From NCBI RefSeq assembly GCF_947568905.1, contig NC_079164.1:78616001-78680000 (forward strand): a DNA stretch of 64,000 nt, in the 5' to 3' direction. How positions within the stretch are numbered: position 1 is the stretch's first letter; every line of letters starts with the position of its first letter. Below the pieces are notes generated by a model that saw nothing but the letters and a program-made list of their open reading frames with translations, made no database searches and was not told where the DNA came from. Below are positions 1 through 15,286 of this stretch, in pieces. Origin of the DNA: Ostrea edulis (lineage: Eukaryota). The position numbers and the translations under genes are program-made.

Positions 1-260
1 ATTTGACATTCTCCAGTCATACACTCCAAACTTGTGCATTCTTTTACAGGCAGTGGATTTGATTATATATAATTGACCAATTTTAGCATTCACTTTGAGG
101 ATGCTTCTTCATGCAGTGAGATTCAGCATTGGGTTCAGCAAAGAGGGTGAAGGACACAGTTAGTTGGGTGAAGCAGGATTGTGAGAGCCACACTATGCAG
201 TGGGTGCCTCTACAACAGCAAGCTAACCAAAGGGAACAAACATCTAGGCAACTGTACATC

Positions 261-410
261 TTAACAGGTCTCTCCCGTTCCTTCTTCGTCTGTCGAAGGG
301 TTCTCGTAATGTGCCACGCGCTCCTCCAGTGTCTTAATACGTCTTTCGTGGGCTTTTACTATAAGTTTCAGTTTTCTAATATCTTCTAAAATTCCTTGTG
401 GATCAAAGCC
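261..410 (-). CDS. CORO1: Coronin terminal coding exon ([15 protein letters not shown]...ETC*; coiled coil)
   Basis: Acceptor cctatag; heptad-like [26 protein letters not shown]; TAA at 263-261. Confidence 0.9.
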   Translation of the reverse strand, partial: GFDPQGILEDIRKLKLIVKAHERRIKTLEERVAHYENPSTDEEGTGETC

Positions 411-3400
411 CTATAGGGTGAAAATTGGTGACAGAATGATAGACATGTATACATATTCAATGACTCTGTCCTGTTTCTATAATACAGATATGACCATTCT
501 GCAATTTTCACACATCGTAATGTATATAATGGGATGGGAAATCTACTGGTAATTGTAATACACTGGAAAATTGAGCAGCAATTTTATAACACTCATCACA
601 GTTCTCATGAAGTTTTACAAGCCTAATACAAAGAAATGCATGAACTACCGAGACATGTATAAAGGACTGTCCGAAGACATTTCAGCTCTATCTGGTTGGA
701 GTGCGAGACTGAACAGTAATACACAAGAGAATTGTTTTCATTTCAGTAACTTTAAAATATCTAGTAAAGTTAATCAGTTGGCTAAAGTGTCTTTTGCATT
801 TATTGTGCTAATTTTTTTAATTTTTTTTTATTCTGAAAGTTACAGTTGAATTTCACTCCCTGCACATTGTTATATTTCTATTCTGAAAGTTACAGTTCAA
901 TTTCACTCTCTGCACATTGTTTAGATACACTGTACAACACTACCTCATTTCTTCTTTTTAGAAAAACTTTGTAATATCACCATCACAATACTTGTGCAAA
1001 AAGTCAAGAAAATAACTGCTCAATTTACCAGCATGCAATGTCAGGGGGAAACTATCGATAAGTTGTGAAGATATTAAACGCAAGTTCATATTACAATATC
1101 TGGGAAATTAACGCATTTTCTAGCATATGCTTTCTTATAATTCAAAATATCATTGATTTTCCATGTCAATACTGCAATAATCTAAAATATTCAAAACTTT
1201 GAGGAAACTAATACTTAGGATTCAAAATATTTCAAATGTGCACTTAGTCACATTTTCTATATACATTTATCATTAATCATCTTTGCTGACATAATGAGAT
1301 CTTTACTGAAATAATCTCCACATGTTGTCATCAAGGATATACGAGTATATATAAACATGCAAAGATGCTTACCTCCCTTTGCATTGTACTTGCTTTCCAA
1401 ATACATACATAATTATATATGAATCTATTTAGTATTAATCTGTGCAGTTGGCAACTGGAAAAAACTGGTTATTTGGTTCAAGGAATAAAAGATAAGGTTT
1501 GTTGGTTATGGGCATTTCAATTTTTACCTCCGGTTCTGGGTTAGATCCTGGTTTGGGGCCAATTGAAGGTTTAGAAGTAGGAGCAGTTCCTTTTTCCTAT
1601 GTGACAATGCAAAGGTCATTCTCTTTATGAATCAGTCCTATACATTAACTGATCTGTGATTCATCAATCTGTTGACTGTATACATAAGACATTCTATGTA
1701 TAGCATCAGATTACTTACAGGGGGTAATTCTGCAGCCGGTTCAGCTGCAGCAGGTGCTGCCTCAGACGCCGGGCGGACAACTGGAGTTGACGCCACCTTA
1801 TGGTGGGAGGAGGCTACATCAGCTGATCTCCGGGAGGGGGTGGCTGGCACTTTCTTGTCCAAAATATTTGATTTGACAACAACTTTGGCTGGTTCCTTCA
1901 TTTCCGAGGCAAACATGTCTTTCAACGAAATCTGTAAATGTTATCATCACATATTCATATTAACATATATGTATTCAGAAATATCATGGTATCAAGTGGG
2001 ACTTTTGTGCATAGAATTCCTCACATATGTCAAACTCGAATTTACTTTTAATCACAAGTTCCCTCATTTTGCTCTCTGCAAAATGTTCCAATCCAAAATG
2101 CTTTACTTTAAACTAAGTATTGTCACAGATATCTGGAGATTTATTAATCATTTTCACCAAAGATTTTGACAAATATAAACGTATTTCCATCTCTGAGTTT
2201 CCCTACCAGCACTGGATCAGCACTGCTACCATTGAACCAATCTTCCCCGCTAATGGCTGGCACATCACTCGCTGTTTCTGGGTATATGTCATCTTGGAAG
2301 AGCTCAGACTGAAAGGACACATTCCCTTTTATTCTAGATGATCACCGATGAATAAAAATATTTCCCTCCCCACTGTTTTACATCTCTGAAACACTCAAAC
2401 AATTCAGTATTACATATACTTTTTACATCCAAATTTCTACTTTTTGTTCAGTTAGAATAGTTACAAGATATTACAACAAACTTTCAAATTAAAATCTCTG
2501 TTTAGTGTTTGTCCTCAGTTATTTTCAATTCAAGTAAACAAAATTATTGTTACAATCATGGGACTTACTTTTCTTGGAACAGTGAATGGAATAACTTCTA
2601 CTTGGCCTGTGTTCAGCAATTTGTAAATCCTGTTTTGAATATCAAGTTTATGTTATTTTCAGAGAGTACCATCATATTTTAGATATATATCCTCAAACAC
2701 ACACTGTAAAGTACAGAGTATAGAGTGCACTCATGTATATGTAAATACACATCCCCATTGTTGGATCCCAAAATTCATAAAGCTTCTTTCTCTCTTGATA
2801 ACAAAGCTACATGTGAAGTATCAGATTACAGGAGCAAAAAATGTGGCCTGTAGATTGTCTACAGCTTTTTCTATGAAGTCCTGTAGTAACCTTGACCTTT
2901 TGACCCCAAAATCAATAGGGTTCTTCCTCTCTTCATAACAAAGCTACATGTGAAGTTTTAAATCAATCAAGCAAAAGTGGCCTGTAGAGTGTCTACAAGC
3001 TCAGTGTTACACACACACACATATACACATGAATGATCCTGTTAAAATAAATATTTATTCAGTATATACATACATACATACAAACATAAATACCACGGAT
3101 AACCCATGAAAGCTCGAAAGATTATTTCCTTTGATGCACGGGGGTCATTGTTACTATATCCCCTCTCACAATGCAAGGGGATAAAAATAAATTAACCAAG
3201 TAACCTTCTTCCTGTGTTACTACTGCATACACCGACAGTGGTGACCTCTCCATGAGTGAAATATTCTTGAGCGGGACGTTAAACAATATTCAATCAATCA
3301 ATCACTGTCTGGTCATAATCAAAATTTGTGACAAGTATGAGATTCTAATGTCTCTGCATTACAAAGTTAGGGCTTTAAGAGAAGTTATAGAACTTTTCCA

Positions 3401-6400
3401 TCAGTGATGTTGACCTTGACTAAAATGACCTTGGTTTAGGGTCCATTTCTACATTTTGTGGGGAGTCAATAACTATGGATTCCATGGGCACCCTTATCCC
3501 ATGAATTTAAAACCTTTATACACAATCTATATAACGTTTTGCAATAAACAGAAAACATATCCACATAAATACACTGCAACAAAACTTCGAAATCCTGGCA
3601 ATCCATGAAAATTGGCTCCCAAAATAATTTTACAGAATATCATTCATATCTTTATAAGATGACTCCACTGAAAATGATTGTTTGAATGGAAATGGCCTTA
3701 CCTTGAGATTTCACAGTTATTAATGTTGAGTCCTCTCTTGCACATCACCCCAAAGCCTCTGGTGGGGTCCTTGCCCTGGTACAAGGACAAATAATGCACG
3801 TAGGGAGCTTCATTGGTGATCTCGTAGTATCTTATAATACTGTCTCCCTGTAAAAGAGATTTCGAATATTGTATCTCAACTGTAGTGTTTGTTGCCCATG
3901 ATGTTATACACTAAAGTGTGCATTATTGCACTTTAAAATATGCTTAACATGGAATTCAAACTTCAAAGCACAATTTGTGAAAGGATTCAATTTTTCCTAG
4001 TGTACATCAGTATCAAGGAAAATAAAACTCAAAATCCACGGGACTACAATAAAACTTTGAAAGTTTGAGTTTCGAGAGTATGGAAATCTGTCCTTCAACT
4101 AATCAGTACTAAAAATAATTTTAAAAGATTGAAAACTTTAAGAGATCGAAGTTCGAGCCATCACAAGTCACTAATACTTATGGGGAAAAAAACAGATCTA
4201 AGGCCAAAAAAGTTAATAGCATGTTTCCTTTTTCACGCCATAAAAAATAGGTAGGGAAAGTTCAACTGTTGTTAAAACATTTTTTTAATTGAAATACTTT
4301 ATTCTATTTTGATCATTTCTAGTTATATTCTGATTTTATATTCCTTTTCTTCAATACAACTTGTACATCCATCATGATGTTCATCAAACAGTTTCATCAT
4401 ATCGTAGATGTCGGGAATAGATGTCATTATATCTTTTGTCCTCATATGATTGCAATTGCCATTTTATGGCCAACACGCTTGTTTACTTCAAATCCTTGTT
4501 TTTGATTAGCTTGACCTATTTACGTTACTCCAGTGATTTATAAGCCTACTAGTTTGGGGATTATCTCCCTTTAAAATATTTTTTTTCTTCTATACTTGGT
4601 AAAAAAATTTAAAGCTTTAATGACCTGTTTTTATGATGTAATTTACATTTCTCTACAGATGCACCAACGTCAAAGTTTGTTGATTCTTGGCCAAATAATT
4701 GTTCAGTTACGAATTGGATAGGGTTTTGCCATATTTGGCTGTATCATCTGAATCAAAGGTCATAATGAATCAACTTTAACGTGTGACCTATCATCTACCC
4801 ATGATGCATCAGCTGCCGAAGTTTGATGATTCTAGACCTCACAGTATGAAAGTTATGAGCTGGACACAGAAAAGCTAACAGACAGATGGACGGACAGAAA
4901 CGCCATACCATGATACAGACGTATAAAAAGAGAACTTTGTCAGTTTGTGTATCAGACCTCAAAAGAATTTTGAAAATCTGACTTCCCTTGTGATCAAACA
5001 ATAGCATGTTTCTCAAAATATTACCTTTCCTATGAGGTAAATCATCTCTACATCACCATCATACACAGGCATCAATACACCATTGGCTTGATCAATCTCA
5101 TCCAAACTGATCTGCTCCAAGGTATTCTACAAACCAAAACACAATTAAAAAGAATTATATGTAATTATGATTTAATTAGAAAGGCTGGTATAATATGTTT
5201 AAAGAATACATCGTTCCTACCACATTTCCTGAAATTTTCGCCCACATTTATCTTTGCAACATTAGGACAAAATGCTATACTGGACAATTAAGCACCAAAA
5301 GTTGCCAGGTACCAATAATCACCACTTCAGTTATTCCACATGAAACAAATGTGTGATACAACTATTTCATACAACTATAAGTATTTGTTACAACTACAAT
5401 CTGACAAAATATAAAATCACATACATTTTGTTTTATGTTGAAAGACACTTCCATATCACAGACTATCTCACGATACAATACGCATAATGACAGGAACATG
5501 CGATACGACGATACGACGTATATCACAACACAGTTTTCATGAATTGAATAACTGCAGATTTCTTAGTTTTCTGTTGTTTATCTAGTTACCAGTATAAAAT
5601 TAACAAAGGAAAATTACAACCAATAATACAGGTCACGTCTTATAAATGTACGCTACACTCAGAATAATCAGATTAATGACAAATATAACTGTATCACAAA
5701 ATTATACTGACATTACGATACAGCATCGTACAGACTACGATCAATACAATTGATTTATCAATACATCTCCAGTCAAACACAATCTTAAACTGACCACATC
5801 AAAAAATCATTTCGGATCACTTACAACTGTATCATGATATATATCTATAGGGACTTGTAAACAACATGATTGACATATTCCTACACCTCTACACTTCATT
5901 TAAATCTGCATAGCTTAAAAACTACATGAATTGTAAACCTTAATATTATATCAACCTTTAATATATGCATACTGTATAAGTGGTACTTTTAGCAAGATTT
6001 GGTGATTTTCCCATAGTTATGGATATATATATTTAGCAAAAGTTAATTTTAGCGACTTTATAATTCCAAGGAAGATAACTATTACCTCTGACATGGAGTA
6101 AATTGTTAGCGATATCCAATTTCAGCAACCTCATCATTCTCGCTAATAATGCCCAAATCAAATCCTCGCTAAAAATTCTGCTTATACAGTATTTTAGAAA
6201 ATATATCTTTAACTTTTACATGTATTCGATGGGTAGAAGTAAGAAACTTCAAAATTTCAAAATCCAAAAACTGCATTAAATATATGCATAACAAAAAGTT
6301 AAAGTATTGATATTATCACCTGCATAAACACCGTGCTAATTTCTTTCTTTTCTTTTTTTAATTTTTACTTTTATCAATTAATATGTCTGGAAACGTTGAT

Positions 6401-7483
6401 AAAAGATTGTAGCAGATTATATTAAAAGTTAATCAATCAAACAAAATGGTTTAAAAATTTACAAACATAAATTTTATTTGATACAAATATGGCGAAAATC
6501 TGTACTCATTGCCAACAGCCAAACTACCAAGACTTTTAAGATGTCCTATACCTTTAGGAACAAATTAGTGTATAGCATTGAAAAATTTACATTTCATCTA
6601 AATTATGGTAACCTACTTGCTTTATTTCAGAGAAACATGACAGCTTGCTATTCAACAATGAAAAAAAAACTGGAAAGAATGGTGATAATTGGTACTTTTT
6701 TGAGAACCAAAATTTTGTATGAATTATTACTCAGATATGAATTTTCTAAGAAGTTATTTTCATGACTGTCACATTTTTTTTTTTTTTTAAAAAATTCAAT
6801 AAATACTTTAAATACAAAACTACTCAGATTTACATGTAGTTGTAAAGTAATTCTTCAAAGACCCTTGAAATCCTAAACTATTTCTTTCAGCTTCCAAACT
6901 ACTTTCTATTTTAAATGAAAATTAGTGCCAAGGGCGTTTGAATTGACCTACTGCATTCCACAAAGCATACTGCCTGTCACTCATCCTGGAGAATCCTGTG
7001 GTGAAGACTTTATCATTCTTGAGGTAAAGAGCTTGTGCTGGTTTAGATCCCTGATGACAAGGTTCTTTTGTTTCCTACAAATCATTAACAAAAAATTACT
7101 AAAGATTATCATGGAGATGAAAACTTAATTACCTTCCCATTCACAAACAAGAAACAGACTTGTTTAATACCAAGACTCTAGACCCTCTGAAAGTACTCTG
7201 CAACATTCCCACAAGCATAATATTTGCATGTGTAGCAAATTAAATTTTATTGAATCGGAATTTCCTGGGAATATGCACATCTACACAGTGTGTCCTTACT
7301 AACTACAAAGTTTCACGAAATTCTGTTGGGCGGTCTCAGAGGAGTTGCGCTGACAAGAACAGGACAGATGGGCTCGAAATTCAGATGACACAATATTCTA
7401 AGTTCAAAAGGGGCATAACTCCCAGAAAAATTATGGAATCAGAATTTCCTGGGAATATGCACATCTACACAGCATGTCCTTAT

Positions 7484-7535
<52 letters not shown>

Positions 7536-10500
7536 GACAAAAATAAAGGGATTGACGGACGGGTCAAAAACATTATACCCTGGGGTATAATTAAAAGTTG
7601 ACCCTTTTCAATATTACCACATTGGAGGAACTTAGGGGGAGAGCATCTAGCTTTCACTTCATGTTGGATGAATAACTAATATTGCTTGATGAATTATGTA
7701 GGTTCAGAGTATGGAAAATATGGACAAACATCTAACACCTTTGCATTTCAAAACCCTAACTGGATCCTGCGAAATTATTCGTATTTGTGGGGATCAATTT
7801 TACTGGATTGTTGAGATTTCAGTTTTATTGAGATGTAATTTTGTAAATATGGCTTTTGTACATTAAGACGTTATATAAATTGTGTATTTCATTGAGGTTG
7901 AATTTCGTGGAATAGGGGTACCAACAAAATCCACGAAAATTTGAGCCTCCATAGTCCACAAAGTCTACTGATTCCACAGTAATCCTCTTCCTTACATATT
8001 AGCACAAGTGTAGGTGTGAAGTGTAATAAATACACATACAGGGAATAATGTTGTGCAGTAGTGACCAAATAGATCTGAATTTCTTCATTTGTTTGGAAGG
8101 GGTGTTGTGTGTCTATTTTGGGATCCAAACCTTTGAACAATATTTCAATTTTCTTCTTCTTTTAATGCTGTTTACACATACTTCATACTCTTTATATTAA
8201 ATATTTCATTATAAGTATACACAAATACCAGGACATACCTTGACTACTTTTCCTGTTCGAGAATCAATAACTCGAAGGTGTTTGTCCTTACACGTACAGA
8301 CAAACCTATCGCCATTATAGCTAAAGTTGGCTGAATAGATAATGTCAGGCAGGTTTATTTCTACATAGAGTTCACCGGTTCCTACATTCCAAATGCATAT
8401 CTTGCAATCAGCACCTGTAACATGTGGAATGGAGTAATTTAGCATTGTTTGAGATATAAATCAAGCCGTTTCCAGTGGAAACAGAGGTCGTGTCTCTTTC
8501 TGATTCTAATGCACTTTTGTGCATCCTATTTAGACACATGGTCCTTGTCTCTATTTTTCATTCATTAAAACTTTTTTTCTTCCTCTATTACTGAATTCTA
8601 AAACCCGTTTACTTTTCTAGTGCTTTAATCAGGCTAATATAAATACAGAGATGTTTTTCTTTTCCTGTTCCATGAAACATGATAGAAATGCACTATTCTG
8701 CTTTCTTCTTACATACTAGAGTTAAAAATAAAAGCTATTTACATAATTTGACATACCAGCACTTAGTAGAATATTCTGAGCAGACGGATGCCAGGTCACA
8801 ATACCGACACGTTTGATGTGGGAAACGAGTTCTACCACTGGTTCTGTGAGGTTCCGGGTTAGTCCGCCCTCTGGGATCTGCCACACCTTCACTGTGCAGT
8901 CCTCGGAACAGCTAGCTATGACATCATCATTGTGTGGACAGAAGGCTATGTCTAGTACTGGACCTTTGTGACCATCCACTACTGGGTGGCCCATCTCCAC
9001 CCGACCAGTCTATGAATAAAATTGAAATTTTTCAGTAATGTATTTTTTCATCACAAGTCCATGTCTGTAAACAGTCAACATTTCAAATGTTCTTCACCTG
9101 ACAAAATACTAACAAGTTAAAATTTGGGGGGGGGGGGGGGGGATGATACATGTATTGACCATTGCCAAGGCTCAAAATTCACAGTTGTCCAGTTGTCAAA
9201 AACAACCCAAAACTCCTCTAGACAACCTTATCTAGTACAATTCATACGACTGACGACCTTTAATTTCACATTATGCATAATAGGCCTTTCATTTAAAAGC
9301 AATCATGGCATTATGGAAGTATTTCAAATTGCACATGTGTGAACTCTTTGTTAAGGCCAAAATAAAATGAATGCATTTCCAAATTTCCTATCCTACCTAG
9401 TTTATTGGCTGCCAACCCTAAAGATTTTAATACTGACAATATATATAAATAATATAAAAATCTGCAACTTACAGACTGTAATTCTTTTTTCTTTTTGCAT
9501 TTGAGTTTTTCTAATTCATATTTTGACTACTATTGATCTTCAAAATGTTTTAAAGTAATTGTAATGTATATAAGCATGTATTCAGAGTGTATTAAAAGCT
9601 AAAATTTCAAATAAAATGTTTCAATAAAATAAAATGTTTTACCTAACTATACCCTACCTAATTTTCTGGAGAGTGAAATGGGAAACACATATATACTTTA
9701 TGTTGGCCTAAGTTATATTGCATTTGTATATGCAGGAAACCTAAGGTTTCTGGTTGGATCCAGGTCCAGAACGGTTCTGAATTTTATAATGAACATATGA
9801 TTTCCAATATTCTGTCCAGACCTGGAGTAATGGATTGAAATGTGAATTTGTAATATCTATAGCAATTCTTCATTCAACATTATCAAAGTTTGAGAAGTTG
9901 CATCCGTGATCTCGAATAAATTGTATTAAAGTACTTTGATTTTTTTTAATTGGTACACAATAAATATCCTTTCATGCTATTAAACCATGTAGTTTCAGTG
10001 ATGAATATGTATGAAATATGAATTATGATGGATTACGATAAAATACTTTATATTTTATAGTGCAACTTAAAATCAGCAGGTAACATCAACAATTATATAT
10101 AAATCATGAAAATGTCCACTGCATAATGTACAATTGTAAAACATGACACTGAGCTGAAGGACTGTGACTGATGAATATCAACCCTTTTTCCACACGGAAA
10201 AGCATGCAAATCAATGATAATGTCACAAGGAAATATTTCTATCTAGTGGACTTTTTCAAAACACAAAAAAACTATCCAGAACAAAGTTTCTTTATTTCTA
10301 ACCATTCATACTTCAATGACACTAGGAACTTGACAACCATGAAAACAACCTGCCCTTCAACCAATTCATGTTCATTTTAAATGCACATATCCATACACAT
10401 ATAACTGCTCTATGTTATACCTCATATGTAGGGTGCACTTTTGAGATGATCACACAGTACAACATGTTATTACTCCTTGAAGCCTTCGTAGATTTCCATA

Positions 10501-13500
10501 TAAATTAACCTTTAGCATTCACATAAATGACATACTGTACATTTCATGTGTAAAATCTCTCACAAATGTTTAATCATGCTAAGATGCCTGCAAAATATGT
10601 TTCTACAGACATGCAAAAGTTGTCCTTGTTCCCATGCAATAATGATTGTGTAGTGCTCAGTCACTGATGGATTCTGAACTAGTGTTTACCATATCATTAT
10701 ACCACACAGCCGAGAGCCAAGTGCTAATCATCCGTTTCTGTCATAAAAATGACTCATAAACAAGCCAGACTCATTGGCTTCAGATGTATGCTGGCTGAAT
10801 AAGACAGATGAGAGTTTGACAACCTAAGGGTGGGGTAAAATGACCAGGTCACGACCTCACACTGCGAGAGGAAAAAACATGCTCGAATTGTAGCGACACA
10901 AGCTGATATTCCTATGTAAACAAAAAAAAAAAAAAACACGTTAAATGAACTTCGAAATAAATAAAAGATCCAAAAGATAATGCATTTTTTGTATACCCCC
11001 CCTCTCTTTTTTTCCTTCTCCTGTTACAACACCTATCACATTCTTATCTTATAAATGTGTTGCTATTAAGGTATGATCTTGTTGTACATTGCAGTGGATC
11101 AAATTGACCTTTTGGAAAACTTTCAAATAGTTGAAATGTTTGACAAGGCATGCCATTACATGTTGAGGTACTCTTAAACTTATTTACACACCAGTTGAAA
11201 CTCCTTTAAACTTTGATCTCGGTAAATTTTAAAACCTTCATGGCAAAGGTGTATGCATTGTTTGCATTTGAACATCTCTATCACCTGCACTTCAATCTTA
11301 TTTATCTGTTCAACGTGAACTTCACACTAAATGCACACTCCAGGCTACATATGTTTATCTATACATCACAGAGCAGGAGGATCTAAGAATTCAAATCAAC
11401 ACTTTCTGTACTTTAAGGGTAAAACAATTCTATAAACATTACAAGAAAAATGAATAGAGTTTGATATTCTTTCTGATAATGATTTAAACGAAGTCTATAC
11501 ACATAAGAAGTTTAAGTTAAAAGCATGAATAATATCCATCATGTGTATTGAATAGTTATTCAGTGAGAAATCAAGATCCACTGGAGGAATCTGATACACT
11601 GGTCTTTAAAGTGAGGGATGTGCCCCTGATTAATGTTTCATACTGTTTGTTTTTTAAATACCTTGTGGCTATACACATTGGTAGTCAACAGGTGTCATCA
11701 AACAGAGAGCTCATTAACAGTCGGTTCTTAGCTTGTTAACAGTCAGTTCTTAGCTTGTTAACAGTCAGTTCTTAGCTTGTTAACAGTCCGTTTGAATCCT
11801 ATTGAGTAGACGCTCCTTTTATTTACTACTTTGCAAGATCTGAATTTTCAAAGACGTTTTTCTTCGCAAAATCCAGCATGCAGTTATCTTTAGTTTGGTT
11901 GTATTATTTCATTATCACCAGAGTGACATGTCAGACATGACCATTTTTGGTTTGTGCATCAGTTCTTCTACTAAACACAAAGATCACGGAGTAAAAGTAT
12001 GGACTGAAAGTGACTGGAAATCAAAATTCTCTTTATACATGCATTACTACAATATCCATAAAAGTAACTGTTATCTTTCATTTCCTCACACCACTGTTTA
12101 ATGACTAAATGACACAGCAACAAACAAATCTACTTAATTTGAACAATTATAACCTGAATATTATACCCACATTGTAGACGGAAGTTTTAACAAATATACG
12201 TTTCCTTATCACATATAAACATGATATTATCCCTGATAATATATATGATAATATAATAACTAGGTTCATACATTAAATTCTAAAGCAAATAAACCCTCAA
12301 AACTTGAAATTATTCTTTGTTTAAGAAATAAATGTTTGGTTGAATGAATGTAGGGGGCATAAAAACTATGGAGGCATGTTTCATCAAAGTAATTTGATTA
12401 ATCGGTGACGTACACCAATTTCGTTTATTTCTCAGAAACTGAATCTGCAAAGTCGATACGTACCCGAGTCATTTGTAATGTAATAACCACAAGAGAGACA
12501 AGATTATAAGACTCTCTTATGAGTAGCCATGAAATATAAGGTGATTCCACCCGAGGGTTGCAAAAAAGCTGTGAAACCCGAGGCTTTGCCGAGGGTTTTA
12601 CCGCTTTTTTGCAACCCCGAGGGTGGAATCACCTTAATATTTCATGGCAACTCATAAGAGAGTATTTTTCTCTCATATTTCTAGAGTTCTCCGTTTTCCT
12701 TGTGCCAAGCGACGCCATTTTGAGAATTTTCCAATTAATTAATTTTTTTTTTTCGACTGTACATAAAAAATAACACCAGAATTGAATTCTACGACCTTCA
12801 TTTTGGCAACTATGTTGCCGACAAAAACTCGGCGACGAGTGTATAAGTGAATGATATTAGAGTTATTCCTCTTTGAATAAATCAATAATCAGGGTGATGC
12901 GTGACGTAACTCGACAGTCCATCAGCGCGAAACATTTTGACAGACTTAATCAGAATATGAATCCACAACTGCACATTTTTTTTCTTAGAGGAGCATTGAT
13001 ATTGATATTAATTGAGCAGTTATTTAATGACGAGTGTGTGAAGACAGATTCCAAGTGGTTTTTGTTGGTGAATATGGGCATGGCTAGACTTTCGTTTTCC
13101 ACGCGTGCAAGGACTCGAGTCTCATGGACATTGAAGGCACTTATTTCACCTGAGACACGGACAGTAGACGTTGACAGAGTGAATGTGGAGGTAGACCTAG
13201 AAGTAATAGACCGTGTGGGCTGGGTTTCTGTGAACTGGCATAGGGCCTAATGCACAGGATGACATGGGTGTATGAGGAATTTGTGACTGTTGTTGAGTGT
13301 GCAGTAATTGTTCAAGGAATGTGTATTTTTGTGTCCGGTCACATACACCTCGAGATTATCAGGGACATTACAATCTGTCATTTTTTGTACAAGAGCTTTG
13401 CAGACGCTAGTGTTCGTCAATCGAGGCGAGGTAAGTTGCAAGCTAGTTGTGTATTGATTATGACGTCACGGGATATGTAAGATAAACGTCACGTGATATG

Positions 13501-15255
13501 AAAGATAGAAATATCTTACATACCTTTCTTTCATAGAATATCTGTATCTTACATACGTAGATATGAGAGAAAGTACAATGATATACCGACAGTGTGGAAG
13601 ACGGGATCCTAAGTAAACCAACATGGAACAGCTAAATTACTTTGTACCAATATTTGTGTTAATTCGCAATTAGAAACCTTGTTTTAAGACTCTCGGAGTA
13701 TAGCTGCAGGGTTGGAAATTACAGTCAATCCCCCCCAAGATCATCTACTTTTTAGATGGGCAAGGACAAAATTTCACATGATAGCCAGCAGTTGGGTTAA
13801 TTATAACAGTCTGTGTGAACAACAAATATCACAAATAAACTTCATTAGATTCCAGTATATTCATTCGGAAAGATAATAAATAAAATGTCACAAAACTGAA
13901 AGTGAGGACTGGTACATTTTGAAGAGGGCAGGCTTATTTTGAGTGTATAGCCAGCACTGTGTAAGGCTCATTGAGTCCCCCCCCCCCCCCCCCCCCCCCC
14001 CTGATTTCACTGTTAAAGTTATACACTCTCACAAATTGACACTTACATATATCGCATGGATCAGTAGCTCTCTCATCTATATTCCACTTTAAGTCATATT
14101 TATCAACCTTGTCTACTTTCAATTGATTTGTCAGTACTTATTTTTTTACTAATTCTGGAGATTTTTCTAAAGTATCATTTTTAAAACTTAAAAGTACATT
14201 CACTTTTACAAGCATGTTTAAGACAACCAAAAAATCACTCTATCTACTTAAAAGCACTACAAGTGCTTCATGTAGCAAATTAAGAATTTTAAATAGTATT
14301 TGAAACAATTAGATTTGGAATAATTGAATCAAGAATGTTACTAAGTACTTCTTTTAAAAAAGTGTCCACAGTACAAGATGAGAAGATTTTACATACAAAT
14401 TGTGTATCATATATTAAGGGATTCAAATTTCATTGGGGGGGGGGGGGTTTGAATCAGTGAGCATGAAGGTTTGGACTATTTGCTCGTAAACATCATCCAA
14501 AACTATGTATACAATAAAGATTATGTGGGTTCAAGTAACATATGGTTTAAAACTCCCTTTAATATACCCTTATATACAACTTCCTGCCTTTTAAGGCCAT
14601 ACCTATAGATACAAATGCGTACACATTAAGGTCCTTCTACTAAGCACCGCAAGTTTTCAACCGGAAGGATAAGCCATCTTTGAGGAAGTTGGGACAGGAA
14701 ATCGCTGACAATACAGAGAAGAGTAGTTGTGCGACAGATGTAGTTGTGTGTTTAAGGCAGTTTACTTAAAACTAATTGTTCCTTTTGTAGATAATATTAT
14801 TGGTAGTGTTATTGAAGTGTTCAGTGTAGCACTGGTATTCATTTTGTAAAGTTTTTTAAGTGTCAGACTCAATTTTAACACTATATATATCTCATACATA
14901 TCAAACCTCTAAGCTAATTCTCTCCAATATAAAAAATTAAGGTACTTCGAATTCCAACATTCTGCATATCAGAATAGTTTACTTTACTATCTATCTAGAC
15001 AATACATATTTGTTAACTATACTGCGAGACAGTTCATATGAGGTACAACATATTCACAAACAGTTAAACAACACAGATTTATCTTATAAATAAGAAATGC
15101 ATGGACGTAGAGAAATAAGTACCTGATTTTGCAAAATTCATTATAAATAGCTCTAAATGTGGTCATTGGGTCAATATAACACCAACAATTCTGGATGTTT
15201 CTTGCAAAAATAGAGATTCAACTTCCCAGCCAAATATCCAGAATTATGTAACAGA

Positions 15256-15286
<31 letters not shown>

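Noticed and set aside
826-922. Small local tandem duplications (also 11712-11790, 15990-16040, 48235-48310, 62340-62470)
   Set aside because: These are ordinary 2-3 copy slippage repeats with no further structure.
1373-1400. Extra coronin microexon ending at GAG|gtaagc
   Set aside because: The donor is good, but the available acceptors give 16, 20 or 52 nt (frame-breaking) and lack a pyrimidine tract.
1672-2169. 165-aa plus-strand ORF
   Set aside because: It is antisense to a GC-rich coronin exon and runs into intronic AT-rich sequence; a shadow ORF.
12873-13250. 125-aa plus-strand ORF as an independent gene
   Set aside because: It is antisense to the Crypton C-terminal remnant on the minus strand.
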